Source of the DNA: a virus
Reading direction: 5' to 3' (one strand)
DNA length: 64,000 bases
IMG/VR virus record: IMGVR_UViG_3300024518_005299
Location: 67,681 to 131,680 of that record
The notes under the pieces are model-generated. The model ran no database searches and was not told where the DNA came from. It saw only the letters and a program-made list of their open reading frames with translations. The position numbers and the translations under genes are program-made. Below are positions 46,756-55,424 of this stretch, one piece after another (position 1 is the first letter of the stretch; each line of letters begins with the position of its first letter).

Positions 46756-48245
46756 TACAAGTATCTCACAAGTTCAATTGAAAAATTGGAACCAGCTAAA
46801 TGTTCATAAGTGCTAGCGCCAGAATTTCTTTGGGTTTCTACTTCAAGTGTGTCTCCCGCAGCTAGTTCCATTATAAAACTTTTACTAGCAGTGCCTTCTC
46901 CATCCGTAGTGTTACGATGATACGACCATGAAGTACCCTGAGGAACAACTGTTGAACCATTAAGTGTGACTTGAGTCCTTGCTGTGCTACGACTACTACT
47001 AACAATTTGATTAGTATTAACGTTATAACTGACTCTATACCAGCCTGCGGCATTAATGGTTATTGTGCCAGTACTTCGACTATAGTAGGTCGAATCTTCT
47101 ACAATCGTTGTATCAAAAGGAACCGGAGTAAGGGTTGTCGTAAACGACCCCGTGTCTGAAGCAAGATAATATTCAGCAATACCTTGACTTAAACTTAGAA
47201 CCGCACCAGAGGCTGATGGTAAGAAATCACCACCAGCAGTAATCCATCCCAGTTTGGAACCAGTCCATGATAATACTTCTCCGACGGCTGGTTCGTTATC
47301 AAAGTCTAATTTAAGCACTATCCCAGACGCAGAACGGGCACCCTGGTCATCTAAAGTAATGCCGCTGGTAGCTGATAATTTTCTTGCATCAACTAAATGA
47401 TTATTGTCATTATAGTCTGTCAAGATATAAGACGCGCCCGAGGGTGCGCCCGAAGTTGGGGTCGTTAACTCGATAATTTGGCTATTAACCTGAATGTTGA
47501 TGCTATCATCCGGTGAATCTAAATCAATCACACCAGAAATACCTTCAATTGATTCCACTCCAACGACCGCGCCAGGCGTCCCAGCATCTCCAGTCAGACC
47601 CGAAGCACCTGTTGGACCCTGTGGGCCTCCCCCACAATTAAATATTGCTACTCCTGACATCGGCGACTGAAGCTCAATAATAGCGTGCCTGTTGCCAGAC
47701 GGAGCGACATTTACTGGAATGACAGCTCGTAAAGGATCAACATCATTGCGCCAAATATGCCATGAGAATAATTCTGTATTTAGACCATGTTGTACAACAA
47801 ATTGCGTACCGCTTGCGGGGGTGAAAAAACCAGACGCACACGCGGCTGTGGTTGTAAGTTCAATAATTTGACTGCTTACATTGATAGTTATACTATCATC
47901 GGGCGAATCTAGATCAACTACACCAGCAAGACCTTCAATGCTGGTTACGCCACCGCCGCCTCCAGCCGCCTCGCCTTGAAGTAGTACGCCACTACCATTT
48001 ACGCTGGGTCTATCTAAGAAATTACCGCTACAAGAATATAAAGTTTTCCAGCGTAACTCTTCTTGCCCTAAATCTATCGCATCTAACGCTGTGCAGTCAA
48101 CTTCTGGACGTAGAGATACGCCACTGCCGATGACGATATGACCGCCACCGGCTTCATTTGCACGTAAGGTCAAATCACCATGAACGGCACGGATCTGACC
48201 TGATGCGTCTATAAATACAACATCAGTATTAAAACGAGCGATAAT
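46755..48245 (-). CDS. tail-fibre-like protein with short collagen-like segment and C1q-like C-terminal domain (start extended to ATT/ATC)
   Basis: Repeats SIEG..GV.DLDSPDDSI; GPQGPTGASG; PVPFD...TITINAAGWYRVSY...ELAAGDTLEV. Confidence 0.65.
   Translation of the reverse strand: MIARFNTDVVFIDASGQIRAVHGDLTLRANEAGGGHIVIGSGVSLRPEVDCTALDAIDLGQEELRWKTLYSCSGNFLDRPSVNGSGVLLQGEAAGGGGGVTSIEGLAGVVDLDSPDDSITINVSSQIIELTTTAACASGFFTPASGTQFVVQHGLNTELFSWHIWRNDVDPLRAVIPVNVAPSGNRHAIIELQSPMSGVAIFNCGGGPQGPTGASGLTGDAGTPGAVVGVESIEGISGVIDLDSPDDSINIQVNSQIIELTTPTSGAPSGASYILTDYNDNNHLVDARKLSATSGITLDDQGARSASGIVLKLDFDNEPAVGEVLSWTGSKLGWITAGGDFLPSASGAVLSLSQGIAEYYLASDTGSFTTTLTPVPFDTTIVEDSTYYSRSTGTITINAAGWYRVSYNVNTNQIVSSSRSTARTQVTLNGSTVVPQGTSWSYHRNTTDGEGTASKSFIMELAAGDTLEVETQRNSGASTYEHLAGSNFSIELVRYL
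47280..47530 (-). repeat. duplicated fibre module, copy 1 (copy 2 at about 49085-49330)
   Basis: Visible DNA identity, e.g. ttatcaaagtctaa(t/c)ttaagcactat and ttgtcattatagtc. Confidence 0.75.
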
Positions 48246-48271
48246 ATAACTCCTAGAATAATGTCTTTAAA

Positions 48272-48715
48272 TTATGCTCCACAGGCAACAACAACAAAGC
48301 GCCCACTGGCAGCAGTGTCTAGCTCGACACGTACACTGTTTAAATCAACCGGCGTCCAACAAGTAATAACGTTATTGGCAACTGGACCGCTAGCTGGATC
48401 CACATCATACATTTGCACAATTAAATCAAAACTATTCAAACTATGCGTTAAAGTATGAACAAAAGTTGCGGTGTCGACATTTTCAGTATAACACGTAACG
48501 CTATTATTACCAGACGTAGCAGTTAAGCCATCCATTAGTTCATTGAGGGCACCTAGAATAGATGCGCTAACGAATCTTGCGTCCAAACCGGCATGTCCTG
48601 TTTCAGCAATAGACAAAGTGTTCGTAATATAAGTATCTTCGAAGAGAATAGTATCGACATTGGCTTTAATTTTGCCACTGCCAATAAATTCGAGTTTTCC
48701 ATTGATTAGGGCCAT
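48272..48715 (-). CDS. putative structural protein
   Basis: C-terminal THSLNS..LIVQMYD fibre module shared with neighbours. Confidence 0.55.
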   Translation of the reverse strand: MALINGKLEFIGSGKIKANVDTILFEDTYITNTLSIAETGHAGLDARFVSASILGALNELMDGLTATSGNNSVTCYTENVDTATFVHTLTHSLNSFDLIVQMYDVDPASGPVANNVITCWTPVDLNSVRVELDTAASGRFVVVACGA

Positions 48716-48771
48716 TGATAGGTTTCCTTTGGGTTAAGTTTTATGGCAATAAAAGTTTGTCAATTTAATTT

Positions 48772-48783
48772 ATAATACACTAA
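48772..48783 (-). promoter_or_regulatory. Motif A (TTAGTGTATTAT)
   Basis: Sense orientation upstream of 48272-48715; overlaps the TAG stop of the upstream gene. Confidence 0.5.
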
Positions 48784-49868
48784 ATGACTATACCAATTAA
48801 GTTGACAAAACCATTCATTGGGGTGTCTAAGCTTACAACGACATGGTTGATGCCTGATGCTACTACATTCTCTGGATAGACTATACAATCTGGAATAGTA
48901 TCCGTGGTCCACATATCCCAGACAAATTTTGTTGTACTTAGATCATGCTGTATCACAAAATCTGTTCCGCTAAGCGAAGTGAAATCCAGAGAAACACCTG
49001 TATTTACATTTCCTGAACCAACACCGCTATTTTGATCATCCACCCAGGCTAATTTTTGGCCATTCCAAGATAGAATCTGATCGGCAGTTGGTTCATTATC
49101 AAAGTCTAACTTAAGCACTATGCCTGATCCAGATCGCGCGCCCTTATCGTCTATAATTACTCCACTAGTTGCGCTTAGTTTTCTTGCGTCAGTTAAATGA
49201 GCGTTGTCATTATAGTCAACTAGGATATAGCTAGCACCAGACGGGGCGCCTGAACCTGGAGTGGTTAATTCAATACTTTGGCCATTAGTAACAATACTAA
49301 TACTTTCATCAGGTGAATCTAGTGTGACAGTACCAGAAATACCATTGATTGACGTACCGCCTCCAGCACCACCAGCGCCTATAAGACCACTTAGTATATC
49401 AATATCGCGACACTTCTGCTCTAAGACAGCACCACTGGCTGGGGTAAAGATGGCATTTAGATTGATAACCTGCCCACTAGTTGATATATCTATACTACCG
49501 TTCGGTGAATCAAGATCAATAACACCAGACAGACCTTCTAGAATCAATACACCAGCGCGGATGGGCGCCAGACCGCTCTCGATGCACGCTACGATCGTTA
49601 CATCGCCAGTCGCTGCCGGGGAGAAGTCGGCTGAAATCACATTGGGGTTGGTGATCTGCCAGTTGTCGGGGACTAGGAGATTACCAGCAGAGTCCTTGAA
49701 TTCGATCAACAAATCTGTAGAACCAAGGCTATGAGTAATCGACGTAGAGGTGACTCCCGAAAATGAGCCTGTATAACACGCGAGCCCGTCCGAAAGTGCT
49801 AAGCTATTACTGGCAGCGGTCGTGCTATGAGACCCTATATGAATCATCCCTCCTTGCACTAACCCCAT
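48780..49868 (-). CDS. tail-fibre-like structural protein, paralogous modules with 46755
   Basis: SGAPSGASYIL.DYNDN.HL.DARKLSATSG...IVLKLDFDNEP shared block. Confidence 0.65.
   Translation of the reverse strand: MGLVQGGMIHIGSHSTTAASNSLALSDGLACYTGSFSGVTSTSITHSLGSTDLLIEFKDSAGNLLVPDNWQITNPNVISADFSPAATGDVTIVACIESGLAPIRAGVLILEGLSGVIDLDSPNGSIDISTSGQVINLNAIFTPASGAVLEQKCRDIDILSGLIGAGGAGGGTSINGISGTVTLDSPDESISIVTNGQSIELTTPGSGAPSGASYILVDYNDNAHLTDARKLSATSGVIIDDKGARSGSGIVLKLDFDNEPTADQILSWNGQKLAWVDDQNSGVGSGNVNTGVSLDFTSLSGTDFVIQHDLSTTKFVWDMWTTDTIPDCIVYPENVVASGINHVVVSLDTPMNGFVNLIGIVI
49085..49330 (-). repeat. duplicated fibre module, copy 2
   Basis: See 47280-47530. Confidence 0.75.
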
Positions 49869-50489
49869 TTAAATATGACTCCAGTTTCTACCAGTTTTAA
49901 TTTTACTAATACATGCTGGTTGAATATTAAATCTACGCGCAATTTCTTGCTGAGCTATGTCTTGTCGTAATAAAGTCTTGATTATTTTAACATCCGCTCC
50001 CGTCAGCTTCGCGCGAGGATGATTTTCTCCTAAATATTTTCCTAATTTAGCCTGACGCATTTTAGCTTTGGACTCATCAGACAGTCTTCTACCCACACCA
50101 TGTTTATGCCCCATCTTAGATGCACTAATTTTAGCTTTAGCTGTAGCTGAACGTTTTACTCCTAGTGCACTTTTGGCTAATCTACATATATTATATCCAA
50201 GTTTATCAAAACGATTGTCTTTACAATTAGCAAATAGTATTGTATTTAAGTAATATTGTTCTCGTTCAATACAAAGTTGGGGTTCGCATTCTTCAAGAAT
50301 TTCAAAGACGAAAGCATCAGCTTTATATTTATTCCATGCATTTTGGAGATGAAAAGAGTGGTGTATTAGTCGCCTTAGTTGACTTTTGTGTTGGCGCCAA
50401 CGCCCATCAAGCCCTTCTTTACCCGCAGCACTCCCAATAGACAGCTTGCCACTTACAAGGTTTTTGATTTGATAGACACCAGTATTCAT
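49869..50489 (-). CDS. GIY-YIG homing endonuclease (YIG changed to SIG)
   Basis: GVYQIKN...KLSIGSA, EQYYLNTILFA, HTH tail. Confidence 0.8.
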   Translation of the reverse strand: MNTGVYQIKNLVSGKLSIGSAAGKEGLDGRWRQHKSQLRRLIHHSFHLQNAWNKYKADAFVFEILEECEPQLCIEREQYYLNTILFANCKDNRFDKLGYNICRLAKSALGVKRSATAKAKISASKMGHKHGVGRRLSDESKAKMRQAKLGKYLGENHPRAKLTGADVKIIKTLLRQDIAQQEIARRFNIQPACISKIKTGRNWSHI

Positions 50490-50897
50490 TTAGCTAAGCT
50501 CTAAAATGCGCACGTCAGTTGACGCTGCATCTGATATTCCCCAGACATGAACATCACCATTAATATCAAGAGAAACAGTACCTTTAGCGGGGATTGGCCA
50601 ACCCAGCCCCGTAGTTACACTGCTATCAAATCCAAAGTATATATTATCCGTAGCGCTATTATTACAAATAGAAATTGCGCGTCTATACTTTAATGGGGTT
50701 GACGGTAGTTGTACCGCTGTCCCTCCTAGCGTGATTGCCGTAACTAAACCACTATATCCTGCGGATGCATCCTCTGGGTTTAGAATTACGGTCGCCGTGC
50801 CTCTTAAATGCCGCTCTTTCGAGGTAGTATTATAAGGGACTTTATTTTTCAGGGGTCCTATGCCTGAGCCAATGATGACGCTCGCCTCGTGGGCCAT
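50490..50897 (-). CDS. putative structural beta-sandwich protein, paralogue of 50943
   Basis: MAHEASVIIGSGI...STDVRILELS. Confidence 0.55.
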   Translation of the reverse strand: MAHEASVIIGSGIGPLKNKVPYNTTSKERHLRGTATVILNPEDASAGYSGLVTAITLGGTAVQLPSTPLKYRRAISICNNSATDNIYFGFDSSVTTGLGWPIPAKGTVSLDINGDVHVWGISDAASTDVRILELS

Positions 50898-50942
50898 TTA
50901 GCTCCTCCTGCCCACTTCAGTGGGGTTAAAAACCAAGCTAGA

Positions 50943-51350
50943 TTATCGAATCTCTAGCACACGGAGGTCTGAGGTGCTCGCGCTGATTGCGTATATGTCC
51001 CCTAGATCTAATACATCTAGAGTAATGATAGTCCCTGATGTAATGCACAATCCACCTGTAGTTGTAACATCAGAGGCGCCTACGTACGCTAGACCAGGAC
51101 CCATGTTTTGTATCCTAAGCTCTCTACGGCTACGTAGACGCTCGGCTGGACCTGTTACATGGATGGGGAAACCAGCCACGTGCAAACCAGATGATTGCAC
51201 CACGCCGAGTTTAGAGTTGAGGTCTTCGTAGTTGACTATAACTGAATTGGTTCCACGCACGCCTGGTACTGCGCCAGGAAATCCTGGTCGAAGCCCTGCA
51301 CGCAAGACAGAAATACCAGACCCCTCCATCACTGAACTTTCGTAAGCCAT
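50943..51350 (-). CDS. putative structural beta-sandwich protein
   Basis: MAYESSVMEGSGI...TSDLRVLEIR. Confidence 0.55.
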   Translation of the reverse strand: MAYESSVMEGSGISVLRAGLRPGFPGAVPGVRGTNSVIVNYEDLNSKLGVVQSSGLHVAGFPIHVTGPAERLRSRRELRIQNMGPGLAYVGASDVTTTGGLCITSGTIITLDVLDLGDIYAISASTSDLRVLEIR

Positions 51351-51418
51351 AATTTGCTCCCGTTACTATTACTATTAAAAGAGTATAACACGTCTAAACA
51401 AGACGTTATCCCACTCTA

Positions 51419-51430
51419 ATAATACACTAA
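51419..51430 (-). promoter_or_regulatory. Motif A (TTAGTGTATTAT)
   Basis: In the 90 bp gap upstream of the structural block. Confidence 0.5.
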
Positions 51431-51440
51431 CGAGATTGGC

Positions 51441-51734
51441 TCACATTATGAAAAAAGACCAAACCTTGTTCTGCGAGGGGATCTCGACCTTATAACCACC
51501 AGATTCTAACCTGACCTTGGCCCAGTCTTCTCCCTGGATAAGTCGATTATTAAGGTAAATATCAATATCTGGGCTGGCCACCCATGTTATAATCACAGTT
51601 TGGTCTTGCCCAAGCACAACGGATAGAGCACGGAGAACGATAGGTTTAAAAACATACCGTCCATATTCGTGAACAATAGGAGCGCCGACCTCCTTTTGTC
51701 TCCATCTCTTAAGCTTGCCGATCCACTTAAACAC
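51441..51734 (-). CDS. hypothetical protein
   Basis: Coupled ORF. Confidence 0.5.
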   Translation of the reverse strand: MFKWIGKLKRWRQKEVGAPIVHEYGRYVFKPIVLRALSVVLGQDQTVIITWVASPDIDIYLNNRLIQGEDWAKVRLESGGYKVEIPSQNKVWSFFIM

Positions 51735-51974
51735 TTACAAACTTTTAGGCTTAGGATCGCCCGGGAGGGGTTTGTTGCCACGGTTGGCAGATGTTTTATT
51801 GCCAGCCATACTACATTCTTCTGTGTAAACCGTACACCCTAGCTTCTTCCCCACGGGGGTAGCTTCGGCTTTTTCAATTACCTGCATGATTCTAATATGC
51901 AAACTCTTCTTTATCTCTTCAGGCAGTTTGGGAGTGGCATCAATTTCGTACCACAATTCTTCATTTAATCTCAT
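51735..51974 (-). CDS. hypothetical protein
   Basis: Coupled ORF. Confidence 0.5.
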   Translation of the reverse strand: MRLNEELWYEIDATPKLPEEIKKSLHIRIMQVIEKAEATPVGKKLGCTVYTEECSMAGNKTSANRGNKPLPGDPKPKSL

Positions 51975-52809
51975 CTTTACTCTCCACTAGGAAAAAATTT
52001 TTGGGCACTACTTCTAACATGATGTATGTTTTAAAAGCGACAGTGCTGTGGGTAACAGGTTCCCATTTATTCATTATACTATACCCATTAATAATACCGA
52101 TTAGCTTACCTTGTTTATTGTAAATGCCCCCGCCTGAATCGCCATACCATACGCTAATATATGGACGGAAGAATCTATTCGGATGTCGATCCCAAGGAGG
52201 CGCCTGCTTTGCATTTTTTTGACGATAAGGATTTCCTTGTTCATTATGAGTTGATCCAATGATGCCATCACGACAATGCTGTCCGTAAGGTTGACCGCCA
52301 CAACCTACTGCGTAAATTGTTTCAAATGGTTTGATGGCTTCGAATTCTTCTTGAGTTGCTAGCTGCACACAATTCATCTTGTCTGGCATATCAAAGCTAA
52401 AAGCCGCCCAGTCATTACTGGGGATCGCCCATTCAATATCATTAACGAGCACCTGTATCTTTAATGGCTTACCATGAAAGCTAGGCTGAAACATCATTTG
52501 CATGACATGATCTGCCTTAGCCTTGTCTTTTATAAATGCTTCCGACATCGTCCGAACAATATGATGTGCCGTTAATGCCCTGTAACGATACTTGTCACCG
52601 TCTATATTTTGACGTCCTATCAAGGTTGCTGACCCACTAACATTATAGCCTATCAATGAGATAAGGAATGTTGCGCGCTGCGCTATGTCTAGCGAAGTAA
52701 CCTCTACGCCTTGGGGAATAATGTATGGTTCGACGGCAGGTTCTGACATTAAGTAAATGCTGCACAAACCTAGAGCACTAATAATAAATAAAATGAGAGC
52801 GCCTTTCAT
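51961..52809 (-). CDS. trypsin-like serine protease with N-terminal signal/anchor
   Basis: LTAHHIV (His), NDWAAF (Asp), GDSGGG (Ser). Confidence 0.8.
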   Translation of the reverse strand: MKGALILFIISALGLCSIYLMSEPAVEPYIIPQGVEVTSLDIAQRATFLISLIGYNVSGSATLIGRQNIDGDKYRYRALTAHHIVRTMSEAFIKDKAKADHVMQMMFQPSFHGKPLKIQVLVNDIEWAIPSNDWAAFSFDMPDKMNCVQLATQEEFEAIKPFETIYAVGCGGQPYGQHCRDGIIGSTHNEQGNPYRQKNAKQAPPWDRHPNRFFRPYISVWYGDSGGGIYNKQGKLIGIINGYSIMNKWEPVTHSTVAFKTYIMLEVVPKNFFLVESKDEIK

Positions 52810-52991
52810 TGGTAGTCCTCTTCAAACCATTCGTCTTCTAAATAGTCATCATAATTAATATGCTCCCTCTTATAGGGGTTGCGTCTGCGAAGAGATGTAT
52901 CGCTTGGTGCGCTAGGCTGAGCGACGCTATTACGCCTGCGTTGATACCGATCTTCCCGATCTTCCTTTTCGGTCTTGTCGTTCTGTGTCAT
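52806..52991 (-). CDS. small charged hypothetical protein
   Basis: Coupled ORF. Confidence 0.45.
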   Translation of the reverse strand: MTQNDKTEKEDREDRYQRRRNSVAQPSAPSDTSLRRRNPYKREHINYDDYLEDEWFEEDYQ

Positions 52992-53257
52992 GTTGGAAAG
53001 CTGACTCGTGCTGCAAACCGTGCAGCTACCATAATACTATTGATAAGTCGCGCCGCACCTCTCTTGGTCGCCGTTGCTTTATCTATGTTTCTAATTGCCT
53101 CTTCTACCTCATCTACATTCAAACTTGGTAATGGTCCTTGTTCATCTTCAAAGATAGAACTAATATCTGATTCGCCCTGCTGAGCATCAGCCCTAGCTTT
53201 TTCGGCTACCTGTTCTAATATATCTTTGAGAGCATGCTTAATAGCTTCTGAGTCCAT
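52988..53257 (-). CDS. hypothetical protein
   Basis: ggagg RBS. Confidence 0.55.
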   Translation of the reverse strand: MDSEAIKHALKDILEQVAEKARADAQQGESDISSIFEDEQGPLPSLNVDEVEEAIRNIDKATATKRGAARLINSIMVAARFAARVSFPT

Positions 53258-53259
53258 AA

Positions 53260-53745
53260 CTATTTAGTACCCTCCATCATTTTATTTAATCTCTTAATCC
53301 AAAATTCTACATTGTCTGCTTGAAGGGGGGTTGTAGATAGATAATTATATACAGCAGCAACTAGACGTAAACTAACATTATAATGCTTAAGAACCTGTCT
53401 GCGCATGTCGTCTGCGCGCTTATCAATCAAAGCATACGATTTTTCTAACTTTGTATCTCGTTCGTCTTCTGCCTGAGCGTTCCACAATAGCTTTACCTCT
53501 TGGTCCCAGTCAGGATTACTATTGTTCTCATTTAATTTTGATTGGAACACATAATTTAAATGATACGTTACTGCCTTTCGACAATCTATTATATATTTGT
53601 CAATTAATTTCATTGCATTTTCTTCACCGATTAAAACGCTTTGATACACTGCACGCTGGCCATTTACTATTGTTTGTGGTGTGTCCGTAAACCAACTACA
53701 GCTTGTTAGAAGCAAGGCGTAGCAACCTATAAGAAGCATTTTCAT
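53260..53745 (-). CDS. putative lipoprotein
   Basis: MKMLLIGCYALLLTSC lipobox. Confidence 0.55.
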   Translation of the reverse strand: MKMLLIGCYALLLTSCSWFTDTPQTIVNGQRAVYQSVLIGEENAMKLIDKYIIDCRKAVTYHLNYVFQSKLNENNSNPDWDQEVKLLWNAQAEDERDTKLEKSYALIDKRADDMRRQVLKHYNVSLRLVAAVYNYLSTTPLQADNVEFWIKRLNKMMEGTK

Positions 53746-53746
53746 A

Positions 53747-53905
53747 TTACTTTCCAGACTCACGCAAACGTCGCTTAATCTCTTGTGTTTTCATACTCAT
53801 AAAGTCTTTTAACATAAATAATGATACTTGTAAAATTTGACACTCTGGGTGAGATAATTCAGAGGATTCTAATTTAGTAGCCAGTTTGTTATAATTGGCA
53901 AGCAT
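53747..53905 (-). CDS. hypothetical protein (minimal start; frame extends to 54088)
   Basis: ATG directly after the upstream TGA. Confidence 0.35.
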   Translation of the reverse strand: MLANYNKLATKLESSELSHPECQILQVSLFMLKDFMSMKTQEIKRRLRESGK

Positions 53906-53909
53906 CCCC

Positions 53910-54305
53910 TCAAGTTGTTTCAAGTCTTTTTGTATCGATGGATTCACTAAGCTTACCGTTGACAGTAGGCGCTCCACATTTTTGAAAAATAATTCGTCTA
54001 AAGTTGACGTAATCATATTCGATAAAGTATTGCAAGGAATTTTTAGCATAGAGATCATTTGGTGTAAGCTCACCCCCCAGTTCCTCAATCAACCTGCTAT
54101 CTGTATTCAGCTCTAAATCCTTATCCTCAACCGTTTCACTTAAATCCTCGACGGCATCCATCATATCATTAAAGACTTGCCATCGATGGTTATATAAACA
54201 ACCAGCATCATTTACAACGTAGTCAGGTAATTCATAAATAAATCGCGAACCGCTCTTGGATGCTGTGATGTAATAACCTCTTTCATTAAAGTAAGCTTGA
54301 ATCAT
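53910..54305 (-). CDS. hypothetical protein
   Basis: ATGA coupling with upstream gene. Confidence 0.55.
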   Translation of the reverse strand: MIQAYFNERGYYITASKSGSRFIYELPDYVVNDAGCLYNHRWQVFNDMMDAVEDLSETVEDKDLELNTDSRLIEELGGELTPNDLYAKNSLQYFIEYDYVNFRRIIFQKCGAPTVNGKLSESIDTKRLETT

Positions 54306-54796
54306 CTGGACAAACCGTTCTCTAGTCCGTCCAGCAACGCTCGTAGTAGCCCTAGTTCTCTTTCAGTTAGTTTGGCGTCAATATCTATCATGATAGGACC
54401 AACTAGAACGTCCATGAGGAGTGCGGCATCTTTAATGTCTGCCCTAGATTCTGAGTTTAACCCCATCTTCTCACTGTATTGATCAACTAGTGTGCGAATA
54501 AGATTTGTAGTATTCAATGCTTGGAGTTTAGCTGGATCATTCAATAGGCCTTTCCCATTGTTAATGACTTCCAAAGCTTTATTTTTACGTTCATCATTCC
54601 AATTTTGGGAAATCCTACTACTGGTGATTTCCGCTACGGAAATAATCTTAGTCTTTAATTGATTATACTCAGGTTGTGATAAGCCTGCAATATCATGTCG
54701 CTTATTAGAGATAGTAGAACAACTAGCGAGAACAGTAATAATACCGCCCATTGTAAAGAGAGCTAGTCGTGACGGAGACATCCATAACGTTTTCAT
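54302..54796 (-). CDS. putative lipoprotein
   Basis: IITVLASC lipobox. Confidence 0.55.
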   Translation of the reverse strand: MKTLWMSPSRLALFTMGGIITVLASCSTISNKRHDIAGLSQPEYNQLKTKIISVAEITSSRISQNWNDERKNKALEVINNGKGLLNDPAKLQALNTTNLIRTLVDQYSEKMGLNSESRADIKDAALLMDVLVGPIMIDIDAKLTERELGLLRALLDGLENGLSR

Positions 54797-54805
54797 ATTT
54801 ATATC

Positions 54806-55393
54806 CTAATCGTAGTATCCTGGCTGACTACCAGGCTCAGCATTAACGTTGACACCTGGAGGTGCTTTACGTTTTAACTTATCTTCCTGTTTAGTTTCTA
54901 AAGCTCGAAGTTTGCGCATGGCTTCTTTCTGAGCCCTTGCGCCCATAGTAAGTGAAGGTAAGGACCCCTCGTCGAATTTAGTAGACTCAAGTACAACCTT
55001 ATCTGCTTGTACAGGGGTTGGCATTTTTAATCTATTAGTTGGATTTTCTGGGAACTCTAAAGGAGGTACGTCGTCATCCGGCATGACGTTCATAACGGGC
55101 TGTGGCATACTCCCAGGCCCCGCATCAAATGGGTCGCCCTGAACTTCGATATCGATTCCGGGCAAAGCAGGGACCAATCCCGGGGGAACTGGGTCACGAT
55201 GCGTCGGCGTTTCTATCACCCTCACTGTCGTTTTATTATCCTGGGGTGCTGTTTCACCTTCTAGTTGTTCTAAAAGCAACCTCTTGCCTTCTTCCCCGAC
55301 CTCAAACTCTTTGCCATCTATATCGACAACAAAGGTAGGATCGTCCTTTTTGAGCGGTTGTTTGAGATAGTCACATATAATTATTCTAGCCAT
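54806..55393 (-). CDS. hypothetical protein, N-terminus weakly Lsr2-like
   Basis: MARIIICD...FVVDIDGKEFEV...LLEQLE. Confidence 0.5.
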   Translation of the reverse strand: MARIIICDYLKQPLKKDDPTFVVDIDGKEFEVGEEGKRLLLEQLEGETAPQDNKTTVRVIETPTHRDPVPPGLVPALPGIDIEVQGDPFDAGPGSMPQPVMNVMPDDDVPPLEFPENPTNRLKMPTPVQADKVVLESTKFDEGSLPSLTMGARAQKEAMRKLRALETKQEDKLKRKAPPGVNVNAEPGSQPGYYD

Positions 55394-55412
55394 TATTTTC
55401 CTCTTGTATTAT

Positions 55413-55424
55413 ATGGTACACTAA
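55413..55424 (-). promoter_or_regulatory. Motif A variant (ttagtgtaccat)
   Basis: Overlaps the phoH stop; upstream of 54806-55393. Confidence 0.35.

Noticed and set aside
50908-50925. Hairpin cccac-tgaa-gtggg as a terminator
   Set aside because: No U-tract follows on either strand; it precedes an RBS.
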